In this document: positions 37,365 through 45,447 of the stretch, piece after piece
Layout: each line of letters opens with the position of its first letter
How positions within the stretch are numbered: the stretch's first letter is position 1
Source: a virus
Taxonomy: Duplodnaviria; Caudoviricetes
IMG/VR virus record: IMGVR_UViG_3300010151_000016
Location: 1 to 54,215 of that record
Strand: one strand, 5' to 3'
DNA: 54,215 nt
The notes under the pieces: generated by a model
Told to the model about the DNA's origin: nothing
Database searches by the model: none
The model's input: the letters and a program-made list of their open reading frames with translations, nothing else
Translations under genes and position numbers: made by a program

Positions 37365-37777
37365 GGTTACTCTGGCCTACAGAAGTTTTGCCTATCCGAC
37401 TTCGCGTTCATCCCGACGCTGAGCATTGGCGTGAGCAGGTCGAGTATGAAGCACGTGCATTGAACATGCAGATTCGTCGTTGTGTCTTTCATGTTATGGA
37501 TGCTTCGGCGCATTGGAGCGTGGCTGACGGTCTCATTGTACACATAGAGGTCAAAGATGGAGCACCCGCGCAAACAGTCTTCCGTCGCATCTCGAACGGT
37601 GGTGTAGATCTATCTCCGGTCTATTTGCCATCTAAACTAGGTCAAGATGCCGATTGCGTAGTCGCTCGGGAACTCCATTCTCTACTGGGCTTGCCTCCTA
37701 CAGCAAAGACCAAATGGCAACTTCCAGAGCCGCAACGTGGTCTTCTCCAGTCCATGTATAGACTGTGTCGAAGATAA
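37361..37777 (+). CDS. Hypothetical protein
   Basis: ATGA coupling; fills the gap to the neck gene. Confidence 0.55.
   Translation: MRLLWPTEVLPIRLRVHPDAEHWREQVEYEARALNMQIRRCVFHVMDASAHWSVADGLIVHIEVKDGAPAQTVFRRISNGGVDLSPVYLPSKLGQDADCVVARELHSLLGLPPTAKTKWQLPEPQRGLLQSMYRLCRR
37754..37761 (+). promoter_or_regulatory. ATGTATAR motif copy (candidate late promoter)
   Basis: ATGTATAG-ACT-GTG (37765). Confidence 0.65.
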
Positions 37778-38811
37778 AAAACGCTCATACTGCCGTTGGA
37801 TACTGGGGCCGGTCGCCCAATCGCCGTATTATCGATGCAGAGCAGATGCCACAACGGACCAAAGTGTTCCTATACGACAAGATGCGAGCACTCGGGAAAC
37901 CTGTTCACCTATATCTACCTGTTCACAGTGGTACTTCTGGCGCAGTTGCGTGTACTTGCATTGGTGAGACTACGAGACAGTCTGATCGACCGTGTTACAC
38001 CTGTTATGGGGCTCAATATGCACCCGGTTTCCTTCGCTTTGGGCACCAGACGCTTTTTTGGGCATCTGCGGAAGCCTCTGGATGGACATTGTCCAACTGT
38101 TCACTAGATACGAGGATTCAACCGCATAGAATCCTTTTGGATAGTAACGCACTAACCGGAACCATCACAACAACGGTCAAAGCCTTCACGAACCCCAAAA
38201 ATGCAGACTGGGAATATCAGATCGATTCTTTCTTGCGTGGCACGGGCAATACGGTGACTGGCACGTTCTCGACAGACGGTGGGACCAATTGGTACGCATT
38301 GGCAGACATAAACGGCGCGAATAAGCCTGGTGTCGATGGCGGAAATATTCAGTTACGCGTTGAAATGACACGCACTGCTGCGGGGGATAAGTCGCCTGCG
38401 TTCGAGATTGCACGGATTAGGCGAGCCATGTCCGAAAACGCGAATACGCTCCTTACCGATACTCGTTCAGATTATTCTGCGGGTCAGATTCTAGTTTTGC
38501 GTACTTGGGTCATGGAAAAAGCAGGTCTCGACGCTGCACGAGGTAGACAAATCGATCACGTATCCGACCGAGGATGGACGCTTCCCTTGGATATTTTCGA
38601 TACGTCAATAACAACCGATACCCCCGCTGTCCTCATTGACGACAGCACTCCCGGCCCGCATCCTTGGTATATGCGCACTACCGGTGTCCAACAGGGCAAT
38701 CGATACGCGCTTACGCAGGTCTCGCTGAGTGAGCAACTTGGTATAATGACGCATCAGACATTCTCAGACAGGCGTGCTCAAAGTGGGGAAGTATATCACT
38801 TGGTGTTTTGA
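37765..38811 (+). CDS. Putative head-closure / neck protein with a CxC...CxxC Zn motif
   Basis: GKPVHLY...CTC...CYTCYGAQYAPGF and C-terminal RYALTQV...HQTF. Located in the neck cluster. Confidence 0.55.
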   Translation: MSKIKNAHTAVGYWGRSPNRRIIDAEQMPQRTKVFLYDKMRALGKPVHLYLPVHSGTSGAVACTCIGETTRQSDRPCYTCYGAQYAPGFLRFGHQTLFWASAEASGWTLSNCSLDTRIQPHRILLDSNALTGTITTTVKAFTNPKNADWEYQIDSFLRGTGNTVTGTFSTDGGTNWYALADINGANKPGVDGGNIQLRVEMTRTAAGDKSPAFEIARIRRAMSENANTLLTDTRSDYSAGQILVLRTWVMEKAGLDAARGRQIDHVSDRGWTLPLDIFDTSITTDTPAVLIDDSTPGPHPWYMRTTGVQQGNRYALTQVSLSEQLGIMTHQTFSDRRAQSGEVYHLVF

Positions 38812-38835
38812 GGTAGACATGCTAGTTATCTTGCC

Positions 38836-39462
38836 ATGTCAACAACACCGCAATTTATCTGGGTAGAAGGTATTTTAGGTGCAGGCAAGACGACGCTGGT
38901 TGAACGTCTCGCAAAGCAACTGAATTACCGACCTATTTACGAACCTGTAGATACGAATCCGTATTTGAATCTCTTTTACGCAAACACGGCACGTTGGGCC
39001 TATCCAATGCAGGTTCATCTTCTCGCGGAACGATTCCAGCTTCAACGTCTTGCCGCTGCGGAAGTTATGACAGGGCGCGGTGCTATCCTCGACCGGGGTC
39101 TTCCAGGTGATCGCGTGTTCTGTAAGCTCATGCACGACCAAGGGCACATTTCGTATATTGAATGGCAGACGTACCAACGTTTCTATGACATCATGTGCGC
39201 CGATTTACGTCCTCCGAGTCTTCTCGTTTATTTAGACGTGCAGCCCAAAACGGCTTATCTGCGTATGGTTTCGCGGCAGCGCGATTGTGAAGAAGGTGTT
39301 CCATTAGATTACCTTATGCAGCTTCATGCGGGTTACGAGGAAATGCTTGCAGAGATTGAAAGTGGCGATCACTTATGGTCGCGAGGCACTAAGATCTTAC
39401 GTTGGCCTTGGGACGAGACACACGCATCTATCGACGAGTTATGTATAGCCTGTGGCACGTGA
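38836..39462 (+). CDS. Deoxynucleoside kinase (dNK family)
   Basis: WVEGILGAGKTT, YEPVDTNPYLNLFY, ILDRG...DRVF, PSLLVYL and RQRDCE. Confidence 0.92.
   Translation: MSTTPQFIWVEGILGAGKTTLVERLAKQLNYRPIYEPVDTNPYLNLFYANTARWAYPMQVHLLAERFQLQRLAAAEVMTGRGAILDRGLPGDRVFCKLMHDQGHISYIEWQTYQRFYDIMCADLRPPSLLVYLDVQPKTAYLRMVSRQRDCEEGVPLDYLMQLHAGYEEMLAEIESGDHLWSRGTKILRWPWDETHASIDELCIACGT
39441..39448 (+). promoter_or_regulatory. ATGTATAR motif copy (candidate late promoter)
   Basis: ATGTATAG-CCT-GTG (39452). Confidence 0.65.
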
Positions 39463-40819
39463 TCTTTTCGAACAACGTAAATTCAGGGCAGTTACCGAAC
39501 CGACTCGTTTCGGTCAGGTCATCGAAACCGCTAAAAATGCGCTCGTCTGGGAACTGAGACGTTTCCTCGATCAAGGCGAGGGCATCACTGAGCGTCTGAC
39601 CGAAATACCCACGCTCGAAAAGTATCAATTCGGCTTCGATCAAGGGCTCGATCCATACGAGACAGTCGTTCAGATCTTGCGCAAGAACCCAGAAGTCCTC
39701 GAAGCCTTACCTCATATCGCGGTACTTGCCGTTGGAGGACAGTGGAAACCTCTCAGCGTTGGTACACCACAACTGGCGACTGTCCAAGATGCTCCAAGGA
39801 TAGTGACCTCTGATGGACCCTGGGACTTTTCAGCAGATCCGGCAGCGACCCCTCTCGATTTCCCAGCCGACCGGGACACCATTTCCGTCCGCACGTTCGA
39901 GGGAACACAGGACATCATTTTACGGACCACTGATTTCGCAACCTTGAGCGCGGTGACTCCGGCAGAACTCGCACGGGCCATCAACGCTCGTGCCAAGCAT
40001 GTAACGGCGGTAGTGAAAAGTAGCGCAGTAGAAATCCGCTGCAAACGTCCTACGCCGAACAGTGTCGAAATCGTTCCCTCACGTCCTGCAACGGCTGAAC
40101 TCACCGGAATCGGGCCAATTGTACCTCCGACTGCATTGAGCCTCATTACGGCAAGCACCCCAAGAACAATCGCAGAGCCCGTAGTAGGTACAATCACCGT
40201 CGATGGCAACGGCACCATGACCCTCACACGTGGAGGGACAGATACGTTTCCTGTAGGTGTCGCGGACCCAGGAAAGACCATCACAGTTACGGGTTCACCC
40301 TATCTTCCAAATAATGGTCGTTACGTAATTTTGACGCGCACGGATACAGCGGTTACGTTCGCGCATCCAGGGGGGCAAGCGGCCTCAGCCGATTGGTCTA
40401 TTGGTCTACAGGATGACTGGAAAAATGTAGCGCGACCACCGAAGCATCGCTATGCGATGGCTTGGGATCTTACTTTAGAACTTCAAACGCTGACTGAAGA
40501 CGAGAATACCCGACAAGAACTCTCCGATCTCATTATCAGCTTTTTGACATTTTACATGGAACAACAGCACTTTACGCTGCTCGGACGTTCAGTTACCGAC
40601 GAGTCCGTTACGGGCGAACATTGGCAGATCGTCCTTTTGCCAAATATCCGTGCGGGCAGTGAGGTCGAGGTCGCTCGGACAGATGATGGGATAGACAAAA
40701 TCTACACGGCTCGGTTTGACGTCAGTCTCAACATTTCGATGTATATTGATCGAGAGGTCGAACACCCGGATAATCCTGGTGTTCCTTGGTACATTACCCC
40801 TTCCGACCTAACAGGCTAG
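39452..40819 (+). CDS. Putative tail terminator / completion protein with inserted accessory domains
   Basis: Immediately precedes the sheath gene. LPHIAV at the N-terminus and WDLTLELQTLTEDENTRQELSDLI at the C-terminus flank a Thr/Pro-rich insert. Confidence 0.55.
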   Translation: MARDLFEQRKFRAVTEPTRFGQVIETAKNALVWELRRFLDQGEGITERLTEIPTLEKYQFGFDQGLDPYETVVQILRKNPEVLEALPHIAVLAVGGQWKPLSVGTPQLATVQDAPRIVTSDGPWDFSADPAATPLDFPADRDTISVRTFEGTQDIILRTTDFATLSAVTPAELARAINARAKHVTAVVKSSAVEIRCKRPTPNSVEIVPSRPATAELTGIGPIVPPTALSLITASTPRTIAEPVVGTITVDGNGTMTLTRGGTDTFPVGVADPGKTITVTGSPYLPNNGRYVILTRTDTAVTFAHPGGQAASADWSIGLQDDWKNVARPPKHRYAMAWDLTLELQTLTEDENTRQELSDLIISFLTFYMEQQHFTLLGRSVTDESVTGEHWQIVLLPNIRAGSEVEVARTDDGIDKIYTARFDVSLNISMYIDREVEHPDNPGVPWYITPSDLTG

Positions 40820-40857
40820 TGACCACCAGCGCCGTTCCCTTCTTGTATTGAGGTGAC

Positions 40858-43416
40858 ATGGCACTAAATACGTCTAAATACACCGACCCAGGTGCGTACA
40901 TTGGTGAAGTTCTCGTTCCTGGCGCGATCAACATCGCAGGGCAAGCGTTCGTCACCTGTCTCATCGGCACGGGCAACCGTTCTAAGAACGTTTCCAACGA
41001 AGCGGCTGTTCGAGGCTTTGTTGGCAGCGAGAGTATCATCTGGTATACCACGGCGGTCAGTGGCTATCATCTTTCGTCCGTATTCGCTAATCGCGGTGAT
41101 CGAAAGACAGCGAACACCGTCGTTTACAAAGATGGAACCGCTATCGCGGATACGCTTCTTCGGTATCCTCCTGCGTACATCACCGGCACCGCATTGTTGG
41201 GCGGGACGTTTACACTTGATGTTAATGAGCGTTCACTCGTTATTGGATTCGACGGAAAAGTTCCTCTCACGGTCAAGACGGCAGTTCAAGGAACAGCCGG
41301 AAATACAACAATTAGTGCGACGAGCACATACGTTGTATCCGATACCGGTGCTGCAAATGTAACTGTGTTTACGAAAGCACTAATTGTTGCGGCGATCAAT
41401 TCAGCGTTCGAAGATCACCCTTCTTATGGTGCGAGCTACGCTGGTGTAGCTTCAATATCAGGCAATTACATAAAGCTCACTTCTCCGACTTCTGGAGCAA
41501 CGTCTGACGTTGTCATCTTCAATGCGATTGGGGGAACAGGTGCGACAGAGCTATTTGGTGGCGCACCGACCGCTGCCGCACCTCTTCGACCGGGCACGCA
41601 GGTAGAAATTGCTGCGAGTCAATACTCCGCTAGTTCAACCTACACAGTCGATTATGTTTCTGACGCCCTTTCGCCTGACGCAGACGGCCTCGTGCAGACA
41701 ACGGGCGTTACAGCAATCAGTCAAGTCGGAGACTTCGCAGGCACAGATACCTATGGCACTGATGCTGAAGGTTATACGCTTGCATCGAGTAAGGTGTCTT
41801 GGGCAGGAGCCGCATGGACAACCGCCTCGATCACAGGCTCGACCATCACGGTCGGGGATGCACTGGCGGAAGGCGCTTCAGACGTTCTCAAGATCGCCAT
41901 TGATAACAAAGCTGCGTTGGAAATAGACCTCGTCGGAACGATGACCCAAGATGGATGGACGACTGCACCGGGGTCTACCGCCACAGACATCGCGACAAAC
42001 ATCAACATTAAGCTAGCAGATTCTTTGGTCTACGGTCCTGCATACCAAGCTGTAGCAAGTGCCGTAGGTAGTGTTATCGTTCTCACGTCTCCGACAAAGG
42101 GAAGAAACGGCGCACTTCAATTATTCGCTCCTGCCGCGAACGATGCGACAGGGAGTCTGTTTTCTAACGTAGTCGTAGCGTCTTCATACACACAGGGCAC
42201 AGGCAAGGCACCAGGAGTCGGCTCGACCTACTTCGTTTCATATACTCATGATCGCCCATCAACAGATTACGCTTCCAGCACTGCGGGTCGCCTAACCCGT
42301 CACTTCTCACTAGACTCAGCGTTTGACGAAGTCGGAGGACATGGAGCCGCGACGTCTGCTCCATCGAATCCTTTAGCTATGGCAATAGAGATCGCATTTG
42401 CTAATGGTGCAGAGAGTGTAGTCATCGCGCAGATTGATGATTCGACAACTGCTGGTACGCCCTCGATGCCTGAGATCCAAGAAGCCTTGGACGTTGTTGG
42501 TGAGTCTGGGATACCGACCGAGATCTGCTTAGTCGGCGCTGCGGGCACATTACTCGCTGCGCAGGTTGCCTTGAAAGATCACATTGAGAACAATAGCGGT
42601 CCTTTCAATAAGCAATACCGACGTGCCTGGATGGGCTTAGGTCGCGATGCTCAAATTGGCGACAAAGAAACAGCAGACACGATCATTTATACAGCCGCTA
42701 AAACCTTGCAAGTATCGGCGAACTCCGCTGCTCGCGGACGCTTGATTGTGATGGCACCTCCACAAGTGGGCGTGCTCACGAAAACAGTGCGGCTTACGGA
42801 CGGCACAATCATAAACGACGTTGCGCTCGACTCGACCTATTTGGCAGTCGCAGCAGCAGCAAGACAGACATCGTTTGATTCACCTTCCGATACGCTAGCT
42901 CGTCAGACCTTGGCCGGTTTTGATATTGACACCATCACGCGACCGATTAGCACAGTAGAGCGTGCTCAAATGGCTTCAGCGGGTGTGACAGTCGTAACAT
43001 ATGACGCAGGCAATCTCAGGCTACTCGATCCAATTACGACCGAGAGGGCTGGTGGGGCCATGATCAGTTTCGAACAGATCCAGGCATCACTGCAAAAAGA
43101 CAACGTCACCCGCAAAATGACTCAAGGACTAGACGCTAATCTCGTCGCGATTGTGCCGACCGACCTATCCTCGTTCGTCTTGGACATCAAGAGTGTAATC
43201 GGATCTATCATATCGGGTGAGATAAGCGCGGGCTCGGTTGGTCCGTATCTCACAGATTCGGGGTTGCCTAGACCTGTGAGTTATGTCGATGACATGGAAG
43301 TCACGCAAGATCCAAACGACCCGACGAAGTTCAACTTTAAGTACTTTTACAACTTACGCTATCCAGCACTTCGATTGTTTGGTGAATACAGCGTCGACAA
43401 TCCGTTCTTCGGATAA
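40858..43416 (+). CDS. Contractile tail sheath protein
   Basis: N-terminal YTDPGAYIGEV and C-terminal GVTVV...LLDPITT...QDPNDPTKFNFKYFYNLRYPA. 852 aa, followed by tube genes. Confidence 0.88.
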   Translation: MALNTSKYTDPGAYIGEVLVPGAINIAGQAFVTCLIGTGNRSKNVSNEAAVRGFVGSESIIWYTTAVSGYHLSSVFANRGDRKTANTVVYKDGTAIADTLLRYPPAYITGTALLGGTFTLDVNERSLVIGFDGKVPLTVKTAVQGTAGNTTISATSTYVVSDTGAANVTVFTKALIVAAINSAFEDHPSYGASYAGVASISGNYIKLTSPTSGATSDVVIFNAIGGTGATELFGGAPTAAAPLRPGTQVEIAASQYSASSTYTVDYVSDALSPDADGLVQTTGVTAISQVGDFAGTDTYGTDAEGYTLASSKVSWAGAAWTTASITGSTITVGDALAEGASDVLKIAIDNKAALEIDLVGTMTQDGWTTAPGSTATDIATNINIKLADSLVYGPAYQAVASAVGSVIVLTSPTKGRNGALQLFAPAANDATGSLFSNVVVASSYTQGTGKAPGVGSTYFVSYTHDRPSTDYASSTAGRLTRHFSLDSAFDEVGGHGAATSAPSNPLAMAIEIAFANGAESVVIAQIDDSTTAGTPSMPEIQEALDVVGESGIPTEICLVGAAGTLLAAQVALKDHIENNSGPFNKQYRRAWMGLGRDAQIGDKETADTIIYTAAKTLQVSANSAARGRLIVMAPPQVGVLTKTVRLTDGTIINDVALDSTYLAVAAAARQTSFDSPSDTLARQTLAGFDIDTITRPISTVERAQMASAGVTVVTYDAGNLRLLDPITTERAGGAMISFEQIQASLQKDNVTRKMTQGLDANLVAIVPTDLSSFVLDIKSVIGSIISGEISAGSVGPYLTDSGLPRPVSYVDDMEVTQDPNDPTKFNFKYFYNLRYPALRLFGEYSVDNPFFG

Positions 43417-43433
43417 GGGCAGGATAAGAAACG

Positions 43434-43940
43434 ATGAGTAACGTACAACCCCCATTAACTTCTACTTTTACCAATCATGGCATGGTCATCCGGGCCAAAG
43501 GCGTAAACGTAGGCGCGATTAGTCAATGGAACACTTCTCAGACCCGAGGGCACACTGCTGTATATGCTTTTGGTGGCACACCACCCACAGGAGCCGGTAT
43601 AAGTTATCCTGCTAGTGGACCAGGCGAAGCCTACGAAAAAGTACCTGGGAATGTCTCTGGAACTACGATCTCCGTAAACCGCTACGACCTCTATGTCGCA
43701 CGCATGGAAGAAGTGTTCGGCGCTGAATCTGACTTGAACATGCTCTCTGAACAACACAGTCCATTTGATATTGTAGAATTTTGGAATACTCCAACCGCTA
43801 CGGGCGCAAACCTGTCTCAACTAAAGTATCAATATACCGGTTGCTGGTTTTCCAATTTAGGTCGAACTCAATCGACAACTGGTGATCGAATCGTAAATGT
43901 AAACGCAACCATCGAATACGTGCGAAGAAAGAAGATGTAA
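43434..43940 (+). CDS. Tail tube protein
   Basis: Follows the sheath. VGAISQW...EKVPGN...NRYDLY...YTGCWF...DRIVNVNATI. Confidence 0.8.
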   Translation: MSNVQPPLTSTFTNHGMVIRAKGVNVGAISQWNTSQTRGHTAVYAFGGTPPTGAGISYPASGPGEAYEKVPGNVSGTTISVNRYDLYVARMEEVFGAESDLNMLSEQHSPFDIVEFWNTPTATGANLSQLKYQYTGCWFSNLGRTQSTTGDRIVNVNATIEYVRRKKM

Positions 43941-43985
43941 ATGTTGTCATAGACACGTTTTTACCCGCTTAAGCGGAGGCTACAA

Positions 43986-44591
43986 TTGGCTAAATTTGAT
44001 CCAGGAAACATCGACCACTATAAAGTGGACTTCTTACGGCAGAAGGCTAAGTCCGGTGGCTGGAACATGGGCAAGAGTTCGCCGAAAGAAGCGCCGAACA
44101 CTGCTACACGAACAAACCATGCACTGACGATACACGGGATACACGGTTCAAAACGTCGCGTCATCGGCGCAATTAGTGACTTCAACGTCCAACAATCACG
44201 AGCACTCACCGAAATACAAGAAGTCAATGTCAATGCTTATGGTCAACCGGTAGACATCATCCCAGGACACATGACAACGCGGACGATCAATGTTCAGCGT
44301 TACGACCTCTATTCTAAAGTCATAGAAGAACTCTTTGCAGATGACACTGCGCCATTCAAAGAATGGAACATGCTACTCGACCAGACGCGCCCATTTGTAC
44401 TCAGAACAGTCTGGTTGAATCCGTCAGGAGGAACCTTTGGAGCCATCGGTGGCGCTCTTTCAGGGAAGCGCGTCTACGAATTTCTGGGTTGCTGGTTCAC
44501 CAGCATGGGACGAACGATTAGCTCCAAGGGTGATCGAATTATCAACGTCAACGCAACAATACAATGGAAGGAAAGAAGGCGAATCAAATGA
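43986..44591 (+). CDS. Tail tube paralogue (minor tube or initiator-like)
   Basis: Clear paralogy to the preceding gene (TNH...IGAIS...PG...RYDLY...GCWF...GDRIINVNATI). GGAGG SD with a TTG start. Confidence 0.78.
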   Translation: MAKFDPGNIDHYKVDFLRQKAKSGGWNMGKSSPKEAPNTATRTNHALTIHGIHGSKRRVIGAISDFNVQQSRALTEIQEVNVNAYGQPVDIIPGHMTTRTINVQRYDLYSKVIEELFADDTAPFKEWNMLLDQTRPFVLRTVWLNPSGGTFGAIGGALSGKRVYEFLGCWFTSMGRTISSKGDRIINVNATIQWKERRRIK

Positions 44592-45094
44592 AGGCAAAAC
44601 GACATCAACTACTAGAAAAACTCATACAAGGTAAACCTGTAACAGCCGATGTAGAAATCGACGGACACACGTACACTGTACAGACGCTAAACACCGCAGA
44701 GGAAGACTGGGTCAACCAGTATCTTTTTGGCGCTACACCGACGCAAATGGCAGCGGGTATCATGACACCGAAGGTATCTGCATCATTGACCGCGATTGAT
44801 GGGATATCCGTCAATGATTTATTTAGCCTTCCTGCTGACGCTGGCGAAGACCTCAGAGAAGAAATGAAAGACGCGAAAGTCAAACGTGCGTGGGTCCGAA
44901 GTCAAGTCCATGAATTTGTCGGCGAACTCAAGCCGTCGACCACGGTTAAACTTCTCACCACGCTCACGGGGCTCGATGAAAAAATCCTCGACGCAGAGGA
45001 AGACCTGGGAAACTCATCAAGGAGGATTACTTCTGGGGGGTCAAATCTTACGTCCTCGCCAGGAAAGGAATCCTCCTTACAGACCCAAGTGTAG
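44588..45094 (+). CDS. Tail assembly chaperone (short, gpG-like form)
   Basis: Lies between tube and tape-measure genes, ATGA coupling, slippery heptamer near the 3' end. Confidence 0.8.
   Translation: MKAKRHQLLEKLIQGKPVTADVEIDGHTYTVQTLNTAEEDWVNQYLFGATPTQMAAGIMTPKVSASLTAIDGISVNDLFSLPADAGEDLREEMKDAKVKRAWVRSQVHEFVGELKPSTTVKLLTTLTGLDEKILDAEEDLGNSSRRITSGGSNLTSSPGKESSLQTQV
45007..45086 (+). promoter_or_regulatory. Programmed -1 ribosomal frameshift signal (G GGA AAC plus downstream stem-loop)
   Basis: The heptamer at 45007-45013 is in the chaperone frame, and the -1 frame is open to 45447. AAGGAGGATT (45019-45028) pairs perfectly with AATCCTCCTT (45069-45078). Confidence 0.85.
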
Positions 45095-45447
45095 AGATGA
45101 TGACGCGGGTACAATGGCTTTTTGAATTCCACTCGCTCAAAGATAGAGAGGAATCACTTTTAGACGCAGTAGTAAGTCTTCTTGGACTTAAGATTGGCCG
45201 TAAAGAGAAAGTCGTACCATTGTCAATGCTCGTAGGTAATCCAAAGATTCTACAACATTTCGCTAAAGAAGCGGAGACAGAAGAAGCGGTGGACGATGAA
45301 GCCTTTGATAAGTTCAGTGACCTATTAGCTAAAGGAGATCTCGATCCTCTTTTCGAGTTACCCGAAGAGATGTCTCCCGAAGAGAACTGGGACTCACCTG
45401 ATGTACAACAAACGCTTGATGCACTGGGAATAAAACGCGATGGCTGA
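45013..45447 (+). CDS. Tail assembly chaperone extension (gpGT-like, reached by -1 frameshift)
   Basis: The -1 frame reads LIKEDYFWGVKSYVLARKGILLTDPSVE-MMTRVQWLFEF... and is continuous with ORF 45097..45447. Confidence 0.78.
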   Translation, partial: LIKEDYFWGVKSYVLARKGILLTDPSVEMMTRVQWLFEFHSLKDREESLLDAVVSLLGLKIGRKEKVVPLSMLVGNPKILQHFAKEAETEEAVDDEAFDKFSDLLAKGDLDPLFELPEEMSPEENWDSPDVQQTLDALGIKRDG

